A stretch of 63,689 nt of DNA, the filler included, from Octopus bimaculoides (Eukaryota), in NCBI RefSeq assembly GCF_001194135.2. It is 6 parts of 6 records of this genome, joined end to end, with 100 filler letters (N's around TTAATTAATTAA, not from the genome) between each part and the next. Parts side by side here need not be neighbours in the genome. Positions count along the whole stretch, not along the records: positions 1 to 15,083 come from NC_069005.1; 5 more parts are not named here. The stretch is one strand, 5' to 3'. Shown here piece after piece: positions 1 through 12,294 of this stretch. The translations under genes and the position numbers were made by a program. Position 1 is the first letter of the stretch; each line of letters begins with the position of its first letter. A model generated the notes under the pieces. That model saw only the letters and a list, made by a program, of their open reading frames with translations. It ran no database searches and was not told the origin of the DNA.

Positions 1-109
1 ATACATGCACACACACATACACACATACACATACATATATATTTACATACACATACACACACATATATATGCACACACACATATATATATATGCACACAC
101 ACATACATT

Positions 110-1705
110 TTTTCTCCAGAGAAATAAAGATAGGAACAATTCTTTACAAAAATGAAGATATTAGGATGGGCAATAATGTACAAGAGAAAGTGTCTTGTGA
201 AGGAGCTCAATGAAACAGATATGCATACAATTTCTTGTACATTGTGAGGACATTATTCTACAGACTAAGTAAATAGTTCTAGATGGGTTGTGATTTTCAT
301 GTTTTTAGCCATTCAGTTTGGGTGAGAATTTTGTTATGAAGTCTTTCTCCATATTTTTCCTGAAGGAGATGTCGTTTCTTGGGCATTTATAAAAGGGAAA
401 GATCTTAAATTTTCCTTCTCCACATGCTTCTAGGTGTTCACTCAGTGGAATTTTTCGTAGTTCCTCCTGTCGGACATGTTGTCGGTGAATTCTGGCTCAT
501 TGGCATAAAGAATTTCCAGTTTCACCGATATAATTCTCCTTGCATGTAGGGCAGGTTATGCAGTATGTTACGTTCCGCGTCTTGCAGTTCATGTCTGCAT
601 TTACATTGAATGTGTGACCACTCTTAAATTTTATCTGTTTGTTCCCCTCTATATATTTGTAGATGGAGTTACTGCAGGTTCCACATCTACCATCTCCACA
701 CTCTTTTACGTAGAATTCGGTTTTATTCTCTGATGAGAATTTTGCTCTTGTTAGGTGTTTCTTTAAGTTATTTTCTTGGCGTTTACTGTTTTTTATGCAA
801 TATTTGTTTAGTAGGTTTCCCATGTTGGCGCTTTGTAGGATTATTGGTAGGTTTGAGTGTATAATGTGAAACATGTTGGTGATTGCAGGGTTGTGTGTGT
901 TTATGAAAGGGATGGTGTTTTCTTTGTTTTCTTTTTTGGAGTTCTGAGTTGTGTGATGTCCAGTTTCCTTGCTCTTGCGATTCCGTTTTCTTTTAAGGTG
1001 GGTGGGAATTTTTGTTCTAGTAGGAAGTTTTTAAGTTCCTCTAGTCTTATTTGACGTGTCTGTGAGTCGGTCACTATGCTGCATATGCATCTTGCCATAC
1101 TATATGGAATGATTCTCTTTATGTGGGATGGGTGGCAGTAGTAGAAATTTAAATATTGGTGTGTGTCGGTTTTTTTGTAGTGGATGTCTGTTCTGACGAT
1201 GGAGTTGTGTATCTTGATGATGATGTCTAGGAAGGGAAGTTCGTTGTAGTTGGTATCTATTGTGAAGTGAATAGATGGGTGCAGTGTGTTGAGGATGTGG
1301 AATGTACGTAGATCTTCTTCTGATCTGTTCCAAAAGATGAAACAGTCATCGAGGTAGCGTTTTCACTTTTTCTTGATGTCTTCTCTGAAGTTGTATTCGA
1401 AGAGATTCCCTATTTCATCGTATAGTTTGTTCTCAAGGAAACCCATCACTAGGTTGGCATATGAAGGTGCGAATTTCGTACCCATAGCCGTGCCCTTTAT
1501 CTGTCGGTATGACTTGTTAAATGAGAATGTGTTCTCTTCAAGTATTAATTGGGTGGCTTTGGTGATAAAATCTGTTTTGAAACGTTTACCTATGAGTTCC
1601 CTGTATTTTTCTACCCAGTATTTTATCGCTTCCAGGCCCAGGGTGTGTGGTATGTTCGTGTATAAGTTTGTGACATCGAAGCTTGCAAGTAGTATCTATA
1701 ATGAT
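110..1705 (-). mobile_element. Penelope-like retroelement (Neptune-type), 5'-truncated, with short 3' UTR
   Basis: Minus-strand manual translation: ILLASFDVTNLYTNIP...RQIKGTAMGTKFAPSYANLVMG...KK*KRYLDDCFIFW (YLDD at 1345-1356)...LPFLDI...TDIHYKKTDTHQYL...CHPSHIKRIIPYS (RT). Then CGDGRCGTC linker and NCKTRNVTYCITCPTCKENYIGETG...*ARIHRQH...SEH...EKDFITKFSPKLNG* (GIY-YIG; stop at 305-307). A Cys-rich linker between RT and EN is characteristic of Neptune-clade PLEs. Confidence 0.93.
305..1700 (-). pseudogene. Disabled PLE RT/GIY-YIG endonuclease ORF
   Basis: Lesions seen: TGA at 1363-1365 (probably TGG), a frameshift near 905 and TGA at 497-499 (probably CGA). The N-terminal RT is missing. Confidence 0.88.
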
Positions 1706-1898
1706 AATTCACTCCTAGATAGTTAACTGCAGTTTTTCTGCGGTACTACTCGTGACGCACGTGGGAAAATTTGGAGAGGGATACGGACTTTACTCGTCGA
1801 TATGAATTTGGAGATGCTGGTTCTCTTATGTGATGCTCGCTGTCGCATCATCGAATATGCATGGGTTTATCAGCATTTTCAAATTTATAATCTAGAAT

Positions 1899-1959
1899 AT
1901 GATGCTGAAGAGAGGAAGTGAATTTTTACACAATTCTAATCCCGAAACGCGTCCATGAT
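1899..1959 (+). ncRNA. Type I minimal hammerhead ribozyme motif (one stem-II mismatch)
   Basis: ATGATG-CTGAAGA(1905-1911)-G-AGGA...TCCC-GAAAC-GC-GTC-CATGAT. Stem I has 5/6 pairs, stem II 3/4 pairs, palindromic stem III ACGCGT, GUC triplet ending at 1953. Confidence 0.6.
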
Positions 1960-2126
1960 TAACTAACGATAGGTTGGTTTCATTATTTTTCTCCTTTTGC
2001 CTATGTAAGTCACGAATGTTGCTATCTGTGGAGGTACATTGTAGTAGAAGAATTAGTATTTTAATTGCTATTTCTAAATTTTCGATATGTTGGTAAAGCA
2101 ACTTTTGCTGATCCCTTAATTATGTT

Positions 2127-2214
<88 letters not shown>

Positions 2215-2344
2215 CAATACAGATTTACTCAGAGGACAAGGATACAGTAAATTAAGGGAGAAAGTATCGTATTTTAGGTGCAGCAGCCGTTTGTGGAAGA
2301 ATTACGTAATAATGATGGCAGACGCAGATACCAATCTGTCCAAC

Positions 2345-2580
2345 CTGAAGACGGAAGCCAGATTTACCGAATATTTATATGCATCCATCACTGGTTGCAT
2401 ATTCTTAACATTTTGCGAACTGCATCATTATCTCCATATCTGGTCACTTGGACCCTTCCGATAGCCATTCTTTACCGTGTGGACTTAGTCCTTGGTAAAG
2501 ATTCCAGAATATAAGTTCAAGTCATTTCAGCACTATAAAGTGTTTTCTATATTGCGCATCTTTGGATCTCATCTGTTGGA
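2345..2580. mobile_element. PLE-like terminal fragment: degenerate HHR module (+, 2345-2386) abutting a putative ORF-end module (-, ~2425-2580)
   Basis: CTGAAGACGG...TTTACCGAATATTTATATGCATCC matches the minus strand at 13096-13138. 2425-2580 aligns by eye with 13190-13330. The minus translation NDLNLYSGI / NDLNLDSDV resembles the LN-D-G terminus of PLE GIY-YIG domains. Confidence 0.45.
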
Positions 2581-2613
2581 TCTATATACATATTTATGAA
2601 TATATATATATAC

Positions 2614-2655
<42 letters not shown>

Positions 2656-2719
2656 TCTTTATATATAAATATATACACACACACACATATACATATACCG
2701 ACGTGTATGCGTGTGTTGG

Positions 2720-2932
2720 AGTTTGTCGACCTCACCTTTCGCTAGTTAGTACTGGCTTGTTTCCATCCTCATAACTTAGCAGTCCTGCAAAAGAGACCGA
2801 CTGAATAAGTGCCAGATATTAAAGAAAAGTGAATTGTAATTATTTCTTGGTTGTTGTATTTGATAAAATCAGAAACGTCAAGGCAGTTCTCCAGCGTGGC
2901 CAACGGAGTCGAATGACTGACACAAGTAAAAG
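2720..2932 (+). mobile_element. SINE family A, degenerate 3' half
   Basis: TAACTTAGC..CAAAAGAGACCGA..AATAAGT...CTCCAGCGTGGCC..AGTC.AATGACTGACACAAGTAAAAG, matching the reverse complement of the copy at 59291-59694. Confidence 0.7.
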
Positions 2933-3806
2933 CTAACAACTATAAACTCGATGAAAAGAAGAGTTAAGATGTGTGTGTGTGAGTGTGTGTGTGTCTGTGT
3001 GTGTGTGTGTGTGTGTGTGCGTGTGTGTGCGTGTGTGTGTATGTGTGTGTGTGTATGTGTATGTGTGTGTGTGAGTGTGGGTGTGCGTGTGTGTGTGTGT
3101 ATGTGTGTGTGTGTGTGCGTGTGAGTGTGTATGTGTGCGTGTGTGTGTGCGNNNNNNNNNNNNNNNNNNNNNNNNNNNNNNNNNNNNNNNNNNNNNNNNN
3201 NNNNNNNNNNNNNNNNNNNNNNNNNNNNNNNNNNNNNNNNNNNNNNNNNNNNNNNNNNNNNNNNNNNNNNNNNNNNNNNNNNNNNNNNNNNNNNNNNNNN
3301 NNNNNNNNNNGTGTGTGTGTGTGTGTGTGTTGAACTTCTTTAACTCGGTCAAGATGGCTGCCTATATATTTATTGCTTTATCTATTTTTTATCTATTTAT
3401 TTATTTCCGAATTTCCCATAAAAGTATACTTAAGCGTTGTTTGTAAATATTTTCATATTTGTTAGTAGTAGTAGTAGTAGTAGTTATTGTTGTTGTTGTT
3501 GTTGTTGTTGATGTAGTTGTACTTGTTGTTGTTTTCACCGTTTTAACAGGATGATGCAAACGCTTTTGCAACAGTTGTTGTTCATGTCAATATTTTGCTA
3601 TTGTCGTTTAAGTTAGCGTTTTGCTTTGTTTCTCGCCGTTGCTGTTCTTTCGTAACTAAATCACTCACGTGACCATGTAATGTTTCAATGTTTAAAGATG
3701 AACAAATGCATTCTTCGTCAGACAACTGTCAACTGGATTTTACATACCAGCGCGCTCGCGCACGTGCACATATACGTCCGTACACGCATACAAATATTCA
3801 ACGCAG

Positions 3807-3844
<38 letters not shown>

Positions 3845-4292
3845 TCAGGCACAAAAGCAAGACACACACTTCACCCTAATGTGTGTGTGTATACATACAT
3901 ACATGCAAACATTCAAACATATATACATACATATGTGTGTGTCTATCTCTTTTTCTATTCATAAATATGAGTGTGTATATATATATATATATATANNNNN
4001 NNNNNNNNNNNNNNNNNNNNNNNNNNNNNNNNNNNNNNNNNNNNNNNNNNNNNNNNNNNNNNNNNNNNNNNNNNNNNNNNNNNNNNNNNNNNNNNNNNNN
4101 NNNNNNNNNNNNNNNNNNNNNNNNNNNNNNNNNNNNNNNNNNNNNNNNNNNNNNNNNNNNNNNNNNNNNNNNNNNNNNNNNNNNNNNNNNNNNNNNNNNN
4201 NNNNNNNNNNNNNNNNNNNNNNNNNNNNNNNNNNNNNNNNNNNNNNNNNNNNNNNNNNNNNNNNNNNNNNNNNNNNNNNNNNNNNNNNNNNN

Positions 4293-4341
<49 letters not shown>

Positions 4342-4837
4342 CATACATACACATACATACACATATACGTGCATACAAATATATATATGAACATGCATCG
4401 AAAAGTACACGCGCGCCGCGTAAGTTTGTATATGAATAAGGGTGGGCTAAATAGGTGTGACTAAATGTAGTCGCTTGAATCAGTGTGAGTTTGCGCGTAT
4501 GTTGTGTGTTAGGAGAAATCTAATTGATTAATAAAGACGGAAGGATGCCAAAATGATTGATTAATGGAATCTGGTGTTTAGTTTTGCGGGAGAAGAAGAA
4601 TGGGAGAGAAAGAAGGAAAGAAAGAAAAGTTGTTAATAGGAAAGGAGGAGAGCAAAAGTAAGAAAGAAAGAAAGAAGGAATAATATAAGGATGAATGATG
4701 AAAAGAAATAATTGGGGTGTAGGCGTGGAGGAAGGAGAAGACAGAAGAAATGCAAAAGAGAAAACCATAGATGAAGGAGCAAAGGGGAATACAAGAGGAG
4801 GGTGACGGTGAAAAGGGGAACACGTTAGAGACTGAGT

Positions 4838-4915
<78 letters not shown>

Positions 4916-5624
4916 AAGAAAGAGAGAGAAACAGTAGTAATAGTAGTAGTAGTATAGGAGGAGGGGAGGAGGGGAGGTGGAGGGGGGAGAAGAAGAAGAA
5001 GAAGAAGAAGAAGAAGAAGAAGAAGAAGAAGAAGAATAAGAAGAAGAATGCAACAGGGGTGCCTCTAGTCGAACGAAATTGTTGTATGTTTGCACAAGAA
5101 ACTAAAAATAATAGCTAAATCTTGTTGAAATGATAGAGTATGTGCCTGCATGAAGGATAATTTGGACTTCAATGTAGTTTACCTGGAAATGGAAGAGAGT
5201 TGCTACGTTTCGAAAATATTTGCCTTTACGAATGCTGGATTAATATTGACATAAAGGTAAGCAACAACAGTAACAACACTACAGCAAGCGAAAGAAATAA
5301 AAACGTAGAGAAAGGGACAATAAAACGATTTACTGTGCAAGTACCCTGCAAATATTAACCTTCGTATATGAAACTCCTGTCTTTTCTCTATTGTTGAACA
5401 AGACGAGAAAAAAAAACAAGAAATCAGGAATACTTTTTATATTGTGAACTATCTTCTCTGTATAAGTATTGACTAATTTCTTAAAATGTTTAATTTAATT
5501 CAATGTATTCGCTTCGAGTTATGTCATGCCGACGACTTCAAATAAGGATGAGATAGCGATACGTATGGCTATCAATATTTCGAAATTTTAAGTTCTTTAT
5601 AAAGTGTAGAAAAAATATATCTCT

Positions 5625-5860
5625 TATCTTTTACTTTTACTTGTTTCAATCATTAGACTGTGGCCATACTGTGGCATTACCTTGAAAAATTTCAGTCGAA
5701 AGAATCGTCCGCAGAACTTATCTTGCTTTTCAAAGCTGGTATTTATTTTGTAGGTCTCATTTGTTGAACCGCTAAGTTACGGAGAATTAAACACACCAAC
5801 ACTGGATGTCCACTGGTTTTGGAGGACAGATACATACACAAAGACACACACACACACACA
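5625..5860 (-). mobile_element. SINE family A, 3' half
   Basis: TTTTACTTGTTTCAATCATTAGACTGTGGCCAT...GAACCGCTAAGTTACGG...AAACACACCAAC, as in 59291-59480. Confidence 0.8.
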
Positions 5861-5989
5861 TAGTTCTGTTATATTCTGTTAAGAACGTAGTTCATCCCTG
5901 CGCTATCCAGCAGTAGTATCATATGGTTGGACATTTATTTGCAATCACTGCAATTATTTCCCTGCATTATAAAATCTAGTTGCGTTTTT

Positions 5990-7045
5990 CTATGCATCTC
6001 TTCTTCAATTCGTTTCTGTGTCTATTTTCAGTACTTTTTCTGCTTTTAATTCCGTACATCATTTTACCTATGTACTTTGTAATTTTCCCTTCTTCCGTTT
6101 TTATACAACCTCATGTACACCTTATTACCAATTTTTCAAAAAATTGGGATTGTCTTTTCTGGTACTTTTTCTTTCCTCGTCAGGTAACAGTATTTTCGAA
6201 AACTGATTTCACCTTCCTCGCGAACATCAGTTCTGCTGGTGAGCTTCCTGCTGGTGTATTGGGGTTCGGTGCCACCCTGTATACCCTTAGGAATTGCTGC
6301 AAAGCGACTTCATCTGTGACTTGCTTGTTTGCTTTTCTCAAAGCTCTTTTGAAAGTGTCCACAAAATGCTCTACCTGTCCATTTGATCTGAGATGGTAAG
6401 GCACTATCGTTTTATGTACTACCGCGAATATTTTTCAGAATTTTCTAAATTCACTGGACACAAATTGTGTTCCATTATCAGATACAATCACATCTGGGAT
6501 GCCAAATTTTGCAAATAATTCATGCAAAAAATTTATTACTGATGCAGAGGCTGGTCTTTTGCACTTAACAATTTCTGGCTATTATGTAAAATTATCAACT
6601 ACCATGTAATAACCATTTAACAGACCTGCAAAATCGATGTGCAGTCTTGTCCATGGACTTTTTTACTTCTGGCCAAGGCCCCCATTTTTGAGTAGGCAAT
6701 TTCGCTGCCTTAGCACATCCTCTGCAATCTTTCACTATGTTTTCAATTTCCTTGTCCATCTTCGGCCAATATACATAACTGTGCATAAGCACAGTTATGT
6801 ATCCCTGGATGTCCAATATGGAATTCTTTCAACGTTCATTTTTGTAGAGTCTCAGGTATCACTACCCTTTGGCCATACATCAGTACGTCGTCGCATGCTG
6901 AATATATATTTTCCTGTTGCTGTTTTTTCTTACCCAACCTTTTTTTTATTTGTTTTCTTTCGCTGACCACAGAGTTGTTTGTTTCATTAATGAACTGACC
7001 TTTAGACTAGACGCGTGATATTGTCGGCACTGTAATCCAAGGCAA
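5990..7045 (-). mobile_element. Ty3/Gypsy LTR-retrotransposon pol remnant (integrase; Mag-like), with stops/frameshifts
   Basis: Minus-strand motifs: SADNITRL (end of RNase H region), EFHIGHPGI...YWPKMDKEIENIVKDCRGC (HHCC finger), LHIDFAG (6624-6644), SDNGTQF (6462-6482), PYHLRSNGQVEHFVDTFKRAL...YR...SPAELMFARK. Confidence 0.92.
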
Positions 7046-7147
7046 ATCACAAGAAAACAGGCATATGAATTAATGGTCACTGACCGTGTATTCAATATTT
7101 CAGGATTATATTATATATGTATTACATATATATTATATATATCATAT

Positions 7148-7308
7148 GTGATTGTGTGGTAAGAAGCTGGTGTTGGTGTGTCTACGTTCCTGTCACTTCG
7201 AGTTTGGCATAAGAGACCGATATGGTAAGCACAAGGCTTGATAAAAACGAAAAGCCTTCAAGGCGGTTCCTCAGCATGACTGCAGTCAAACGATTGAAAT
7301 AAGTGAAA
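7148..7308 (+). mobile_element. SINE family A, internally deleted fragment
   Basis: GTGTGGTAAGAAGCT..TGTTGGTGTGTCTACGT..AAGAGACCGAT..AAGGCGGTTCCTCAGCATGACTGCAGTCAAA. Confidence 0.6.
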
Positions 7309-7504
7309 GGGGCCTGCGAAACTTGAAGTGGCTTTGAACCGAATCAAACTGTTTTACATAATACATGTAATTCCTAATAAATATGATGATTGCCCTTTTC
7401 TTTCGTTTGCCTACTCACTCGTAATCCAGATTTCCAAACAAGGGTAAAACTTACGTAGGAACTATTATTATAAACTTATGCTTATTATAATTAATATTTC
7501 GTTT

Positions 7505-7600
7505 AGGCGAAACGGCGAGCTGGCAGATTCGTTAGCACGCCGTGTATAATTCTTGGCGGGATTTCGTTCAACTTCTGCAGTGGTCGACTTTGCTTTTCTG
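7505..7600 (+). mobile_element. SINE family B, 5' fragment
   Basis: AGGCGAAACGGCGAGCTGGCAGATTCGTTAGCACGCCG...GGTCGACTTTGC, matching the head of the copy at 25037. Confidence 0.7.
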
Positions 7601-7641
7601 CTACGAAGTGAATTCTATACGGAGAATATCTATCTCTCATC

Positions 7642-7679
<38 letters not shown>

Positions 7680-8891
7680 CATTGAGATGGCTGAGGTGAC
7701 ATGCTGACACGATATTGTAGTAGAGAGATGACATGCTAAGGCGACAACGGGATCTTTTCGATTAATGTTACAGATTTAAGAATTTGAAAATTAATTGGAA
7801 ATTACCAAAGTGGGTATATCGATGTAATTTTTCACGCTGAATTCTAATTATAAAACTTATAAAAAATGATACAAATGTTTCAACGCCTGCTAAGTTTTAG
7901 CCAATCAGGAGACAAGGAATCGGGAGCCGACATTTTCTGCGTGATAGCTGTCTGTCATAAAATAATCCTCGTCAAAACTTATGGTAGTGGTTGCATTAGT
8001 GATAGTGCCTCAGTGGCGTGAGTACAACGGCCTTGTTAAAATAGAAACAAGGTGGACAATAGCGCTTTTCTTGTTACTATAGAAGCGGACACCAATGTGA
8101 GATTTACGGTCATGTGCATAATGGCGGCTTTCGATTGGCTAAAATTACCCAAAATTAGCAAACTTTAAAAGCTATTAACTTCTTATAAGCAAAAATGCAT
8201 TCTGTTTTCATTTTTAGCCTACAAAACTAAATCGGTGTAAACAAATTTGAAAACAATTGGAACAAAATTGAAAAACTACGAAACCTATGACAACAACCGA
8301 AAAGATACCGACAGCGTTAGAGATATGTTATAAGGAAAGACAGTGATATCGAGCGAATGCCGAGTAGCTGATAGAGTGGTCCGTAATGTAAGTATCGTAG
8401 TATATTTAGAGATAGAAACAATAAAGAACGTATGAGCTTGGTAATGAAATAAGAAGGCGACAGAGAGAGAGACAGACAGAAAGACAGAGCGACAGACAGA
8501 GAGTCAGAGAGATAGAGAGACAGAAAACAGTCTACACAGAAAGAGAGAGAGAGAGATTGTGAGAGGAACTGTAAAGCAAAGTAGGCGAAACTGGAGAGGA
8601 TAACAGCAAATGTATGTTTGCAAAAGCAGGAAAATAAGCGAAGTTAAGAAAGGATGGAAGATTTGATGCGTAAGAAAAAAGTCAGAAGTGCTTACCAAAA
8701 CTGCATTTTAGTTAAAAGCTGACGGCGGATTAAATAAGATTTAAAAATGCTGTTGTATATTAAGACATTAGAACTCTACTTTCATCTAGTCAACCGTGAA
8801 CTGCGTGTATACATATACACCCACTCACATTCAACAAGCGCATACGCTCGTACATACATGCATAGATACATATATAAATGCATTCATATAT

Positions 8892-8933
<42 letters not shown>

Positions 8934-9166
8934 GTACATACATACATTCATACATACATACACGCTTAAACTTATATAACACACTGGAAAACCTGGAAAT
9001 ATGTACACCCTCACGAAATGACTGTATCTCTCTCGGTGAGTCCATGTGCTTCACGGAACTTCTGTATTATAGCGAATATACGCTATTTGTATGTATTGTT
9101 CTGTGAATGTACGAATGTGTTATGTATGGATATATGTACGACTCTGTGTGTCTGTGGGTGTGGGTG

Positions 9167-9210
<44 letters not shown>

Positions 9211-9646
9211 TACAGAGACAGATAGACAGATAGACAGATATATATATATCGAGTCACATCTGTAGGTTCACATCAGATAAACATCATATACACACTTGTA
9301 TATGTATGTATATATGATTAAATATACACATATATATGTATGTATACATACATATACACATGTATATATATATATATATGCGTGTGTGTGTGTATACATA
9401 AACACGCATATATACAGGTATACATACACGCATGTATACATATATATGTATACGTATAAAAACATAGATGCAAATATATATATATATATATGTATATATA
9501 AGCATATACAGATATATACATACGTCTACATTTCGTTCTTATTTTTTGTCCGTCGTGTTTACCATTGCTATCAGTGTAATGTTATTCTCATTGTTATTTT
9601 TGTTGTTCTTATTGCAGTTCAATCGTTCTTTGTTTTATATATTTGT

Positions 9647-9684
<38 letters not shown>

Positions 9685-9700
9685 CATACACACACACATT

Positions 9701-9736
<36 letters not shown>

Positions 9737-10230
9737 ACATATATATGTGCAAATATACGTATTTATATATGTATGTATATTCATTATGTAATGTATTTCT
9801 TTTGTTTTGTCTTTCTCTTGTTTTATCTCAGAAGCGAACATTAATTCTTGCACACCACTACACATTGCATACTGCACATTACGTACTGCCCATTGCACAT
9901 TGCACACTGCACATTGCATACATGACTAAAATAATTAAGACTTTTAATTTAATCATTGAATTAGGTCCGTTAAAATATCAGATACTTTTGATTTTTGTTG
10001 TTCGTTTTATTTTGTTTTGCTTCATTTATGTTGTTCTGCTTTTTTGCTGTTGCTTTTGGTTCATATCTAGTTTTATTCTTCTTCTGGTTTACATTGTGGA
10101 ATGTCTCGTCTAACTACAAGCGTTTCTTATAACTGCAACAACTGGTCTAATTATCCAACTGTCATGAGTTCGAATTTTCATATTTCAGTGGGAGGAGAGA
10201 GAAAGAGAACTCTTTTTTAAACTCCCTCCC

Positions 10231-10287
<57 letters not shown>

Positions 10288-10360
10288 NNNNNNNNNNNNN
10301 NNNNNNNNNNNNNNNNNNNNNNNNNNNNNNNNNNNNNNNNNNNNNNNNNNNNNNNNNNNN

Positions 10361-10397
<37 letters not shown>

Positions 10398-10449
10398 TGG
10401 AACAAAAATGCAATAGAGGACAATAAAACATTCGGACAGATAGACAGAT

Positions 10450-11070
10450 AGATACAAGGGCGGACAGAAGAAGCAAAAATTAGAAGGACAGGCAAAACAG
10501 GACGGGCATTCGTGCCCTTCTTTCTTCAGTCAAGTTACCAGAAGCCGTTACTGTTTCGGGCAACTACACTTGAGACAGTTCGATTTGGTTGCCACCCGCC
10601 CCCCAAAAAAGTCTAAGCTAAGAGCATTAGATTTTTTTGTAAGAAAGCTAGCACATGTGTATGGCAACAAAGACAAAAGCGGAGAATATGGTATACAATT
10701 ACGAATACAAACAACAATAAAATAACAACAGATGTCTTTCGACAGAGAACGATTCAAATTGAGCCGGCGTGTATGAAGTGAAAGCCTAAAGGCAGGAACA
10801 TAGGAGATGGTCATAAGAGGTGTTGGCGGTCGGCAGTCAGGCCAAGAAAGAAAGATCATGGCTGACCGGACAGCGGTCACGAGGAGGGAGGAGAGAGGGG
10901 TAGGGGGCAGCGGGATTAGAAGGATTAGAAAAAAAATCAGAGACAAAGGGAAAGGTACAGGGGAGATAGACGAGAGGGAAAAATGGAAATTAAAGAGAGG
11001 GCCAAGAAATATGAGAGAGGGGAGAGTGAGAGAAAGAAAAGAGGAAGAAAGTATGAGGGGGAATAACAGA
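10450..11070. mobile_element. Unclassified interspersed repeat (family E) with HHR-like half motifs; second copy at ~59740-59900
   Basis: 10660-10800 (CGGAGAAT...ATAACAACAGATGTCTTTCGAC...AAATTGAGCCGGCGTGT..AAAGCC) aligns with 59770-59890 (CGGAGAAT...ATAACAACAGGTGTTTTTCGAC...AAATTAAGCTGGCGTGT..AAAGCC). Confidence 0.55.
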
Positions 11071-11122
11071 TAGAGTAAGAGTCGTGCAAAATTTAGATAT
11101 ATACTTACTATATATATAATGT

Positions 11123-11224
<102 letters not shown>

Positions 11225-11410
11225 GAGTGTATTATATATGTATGTGGGTATATCACAGAAAGGCTGCCAAACGATGCGTCCTCGAAGAAAACAGATTGAG
11301 TTTTGAAATCCGTGTCCCAACAGCAAGGTTTTCGGTTAAAATTAATCAAAAAATATAATTTTCTACATGAGATAACTCAACTTTTACATCGGGAAATCTC
11401 CCACTGTCTA

Positions 11411-11443
<33 letters not shown>

Positions 11444-12051
11444 NNNNNNNNNNNNNNNNNNNNNNNNNNNNNNNNNNNNNNNNNNNNNNNNNNNNNNNNN
11501 NNNNNNNNNNNNNNNNNNNNNNNNNNNNNNNNNNNNNNNNNNNNNNNNNNNNNNNNNNNNNNNNNNNNNNNNNNNNNNNNNNNNNNNNNNNNNNNNNNNN
11601 NNNNNNNNNNNNNNNNNNNNNNNNNNNNNNNNNNNNNNNNNNNNNNNNNNNNNNNNNNNNNNNNNNNNNNNNNNNNNNNNNNNNNNNNNNNNNNNNNNNN
11701 NNNNNNNNNNNNNNNNNNNNNNNNNNNNNNNNNNNNNNNNNNNNNNNNNNNNNNNNNNNNNNNNNNNNNNNNNNNNNNNNNNNNNNNNNNNNNNNNNNNN
11801 NNNNNNNNNNNNNNNNNNNNNNNNNNNNNNNNNNNNNNNNNNNNNNNNNNNNNNNNNNNNNNNNNNNNNNNNNNNNNNNNNNNNNNNNNNNNNNNNNNNN
11901 NNNNNNNNNNNNNNNNNNNNNNNNNNNNNNNNNNNNNNNNNNNNNNNNNNNNNNNNNNNNNNNNNNNNNNNNNNNNNNNNNNNNNNNNNNNNNNNNNNNN
12001 NNNNNNNNNNNNNNNNNNNNNNNNNNNNNNNNNNNNNNNNNNNNNNNNNNN

Positions 12052-12108
<57 letters not shown>

Positions 12109-12294
12109 GGAATATATTTAGGGCGACGGAGTCGAGAAACCCTCACAAATCATCAGCGGCGAACTAACAAAGTATTTACATCTTTGCACTAAACGGAAAG
12201 ACAAAAACCTAGTTTACCAACGAATCTTTTATACTCCCCAGTAACTAAACAAGCTTATTATTCAGTAACTGAAGTTTTACTATTTTTCTGACTC

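Noticed and set aside
1373-1726. Plus-strand 117-aa ORF
   Set aside because: Antisense shadow of the PLE reverse transcriptase. The plus-strand ORFs at 5980-6399 and 6637-6966 are likewise shadows of the Gypsy integrase.
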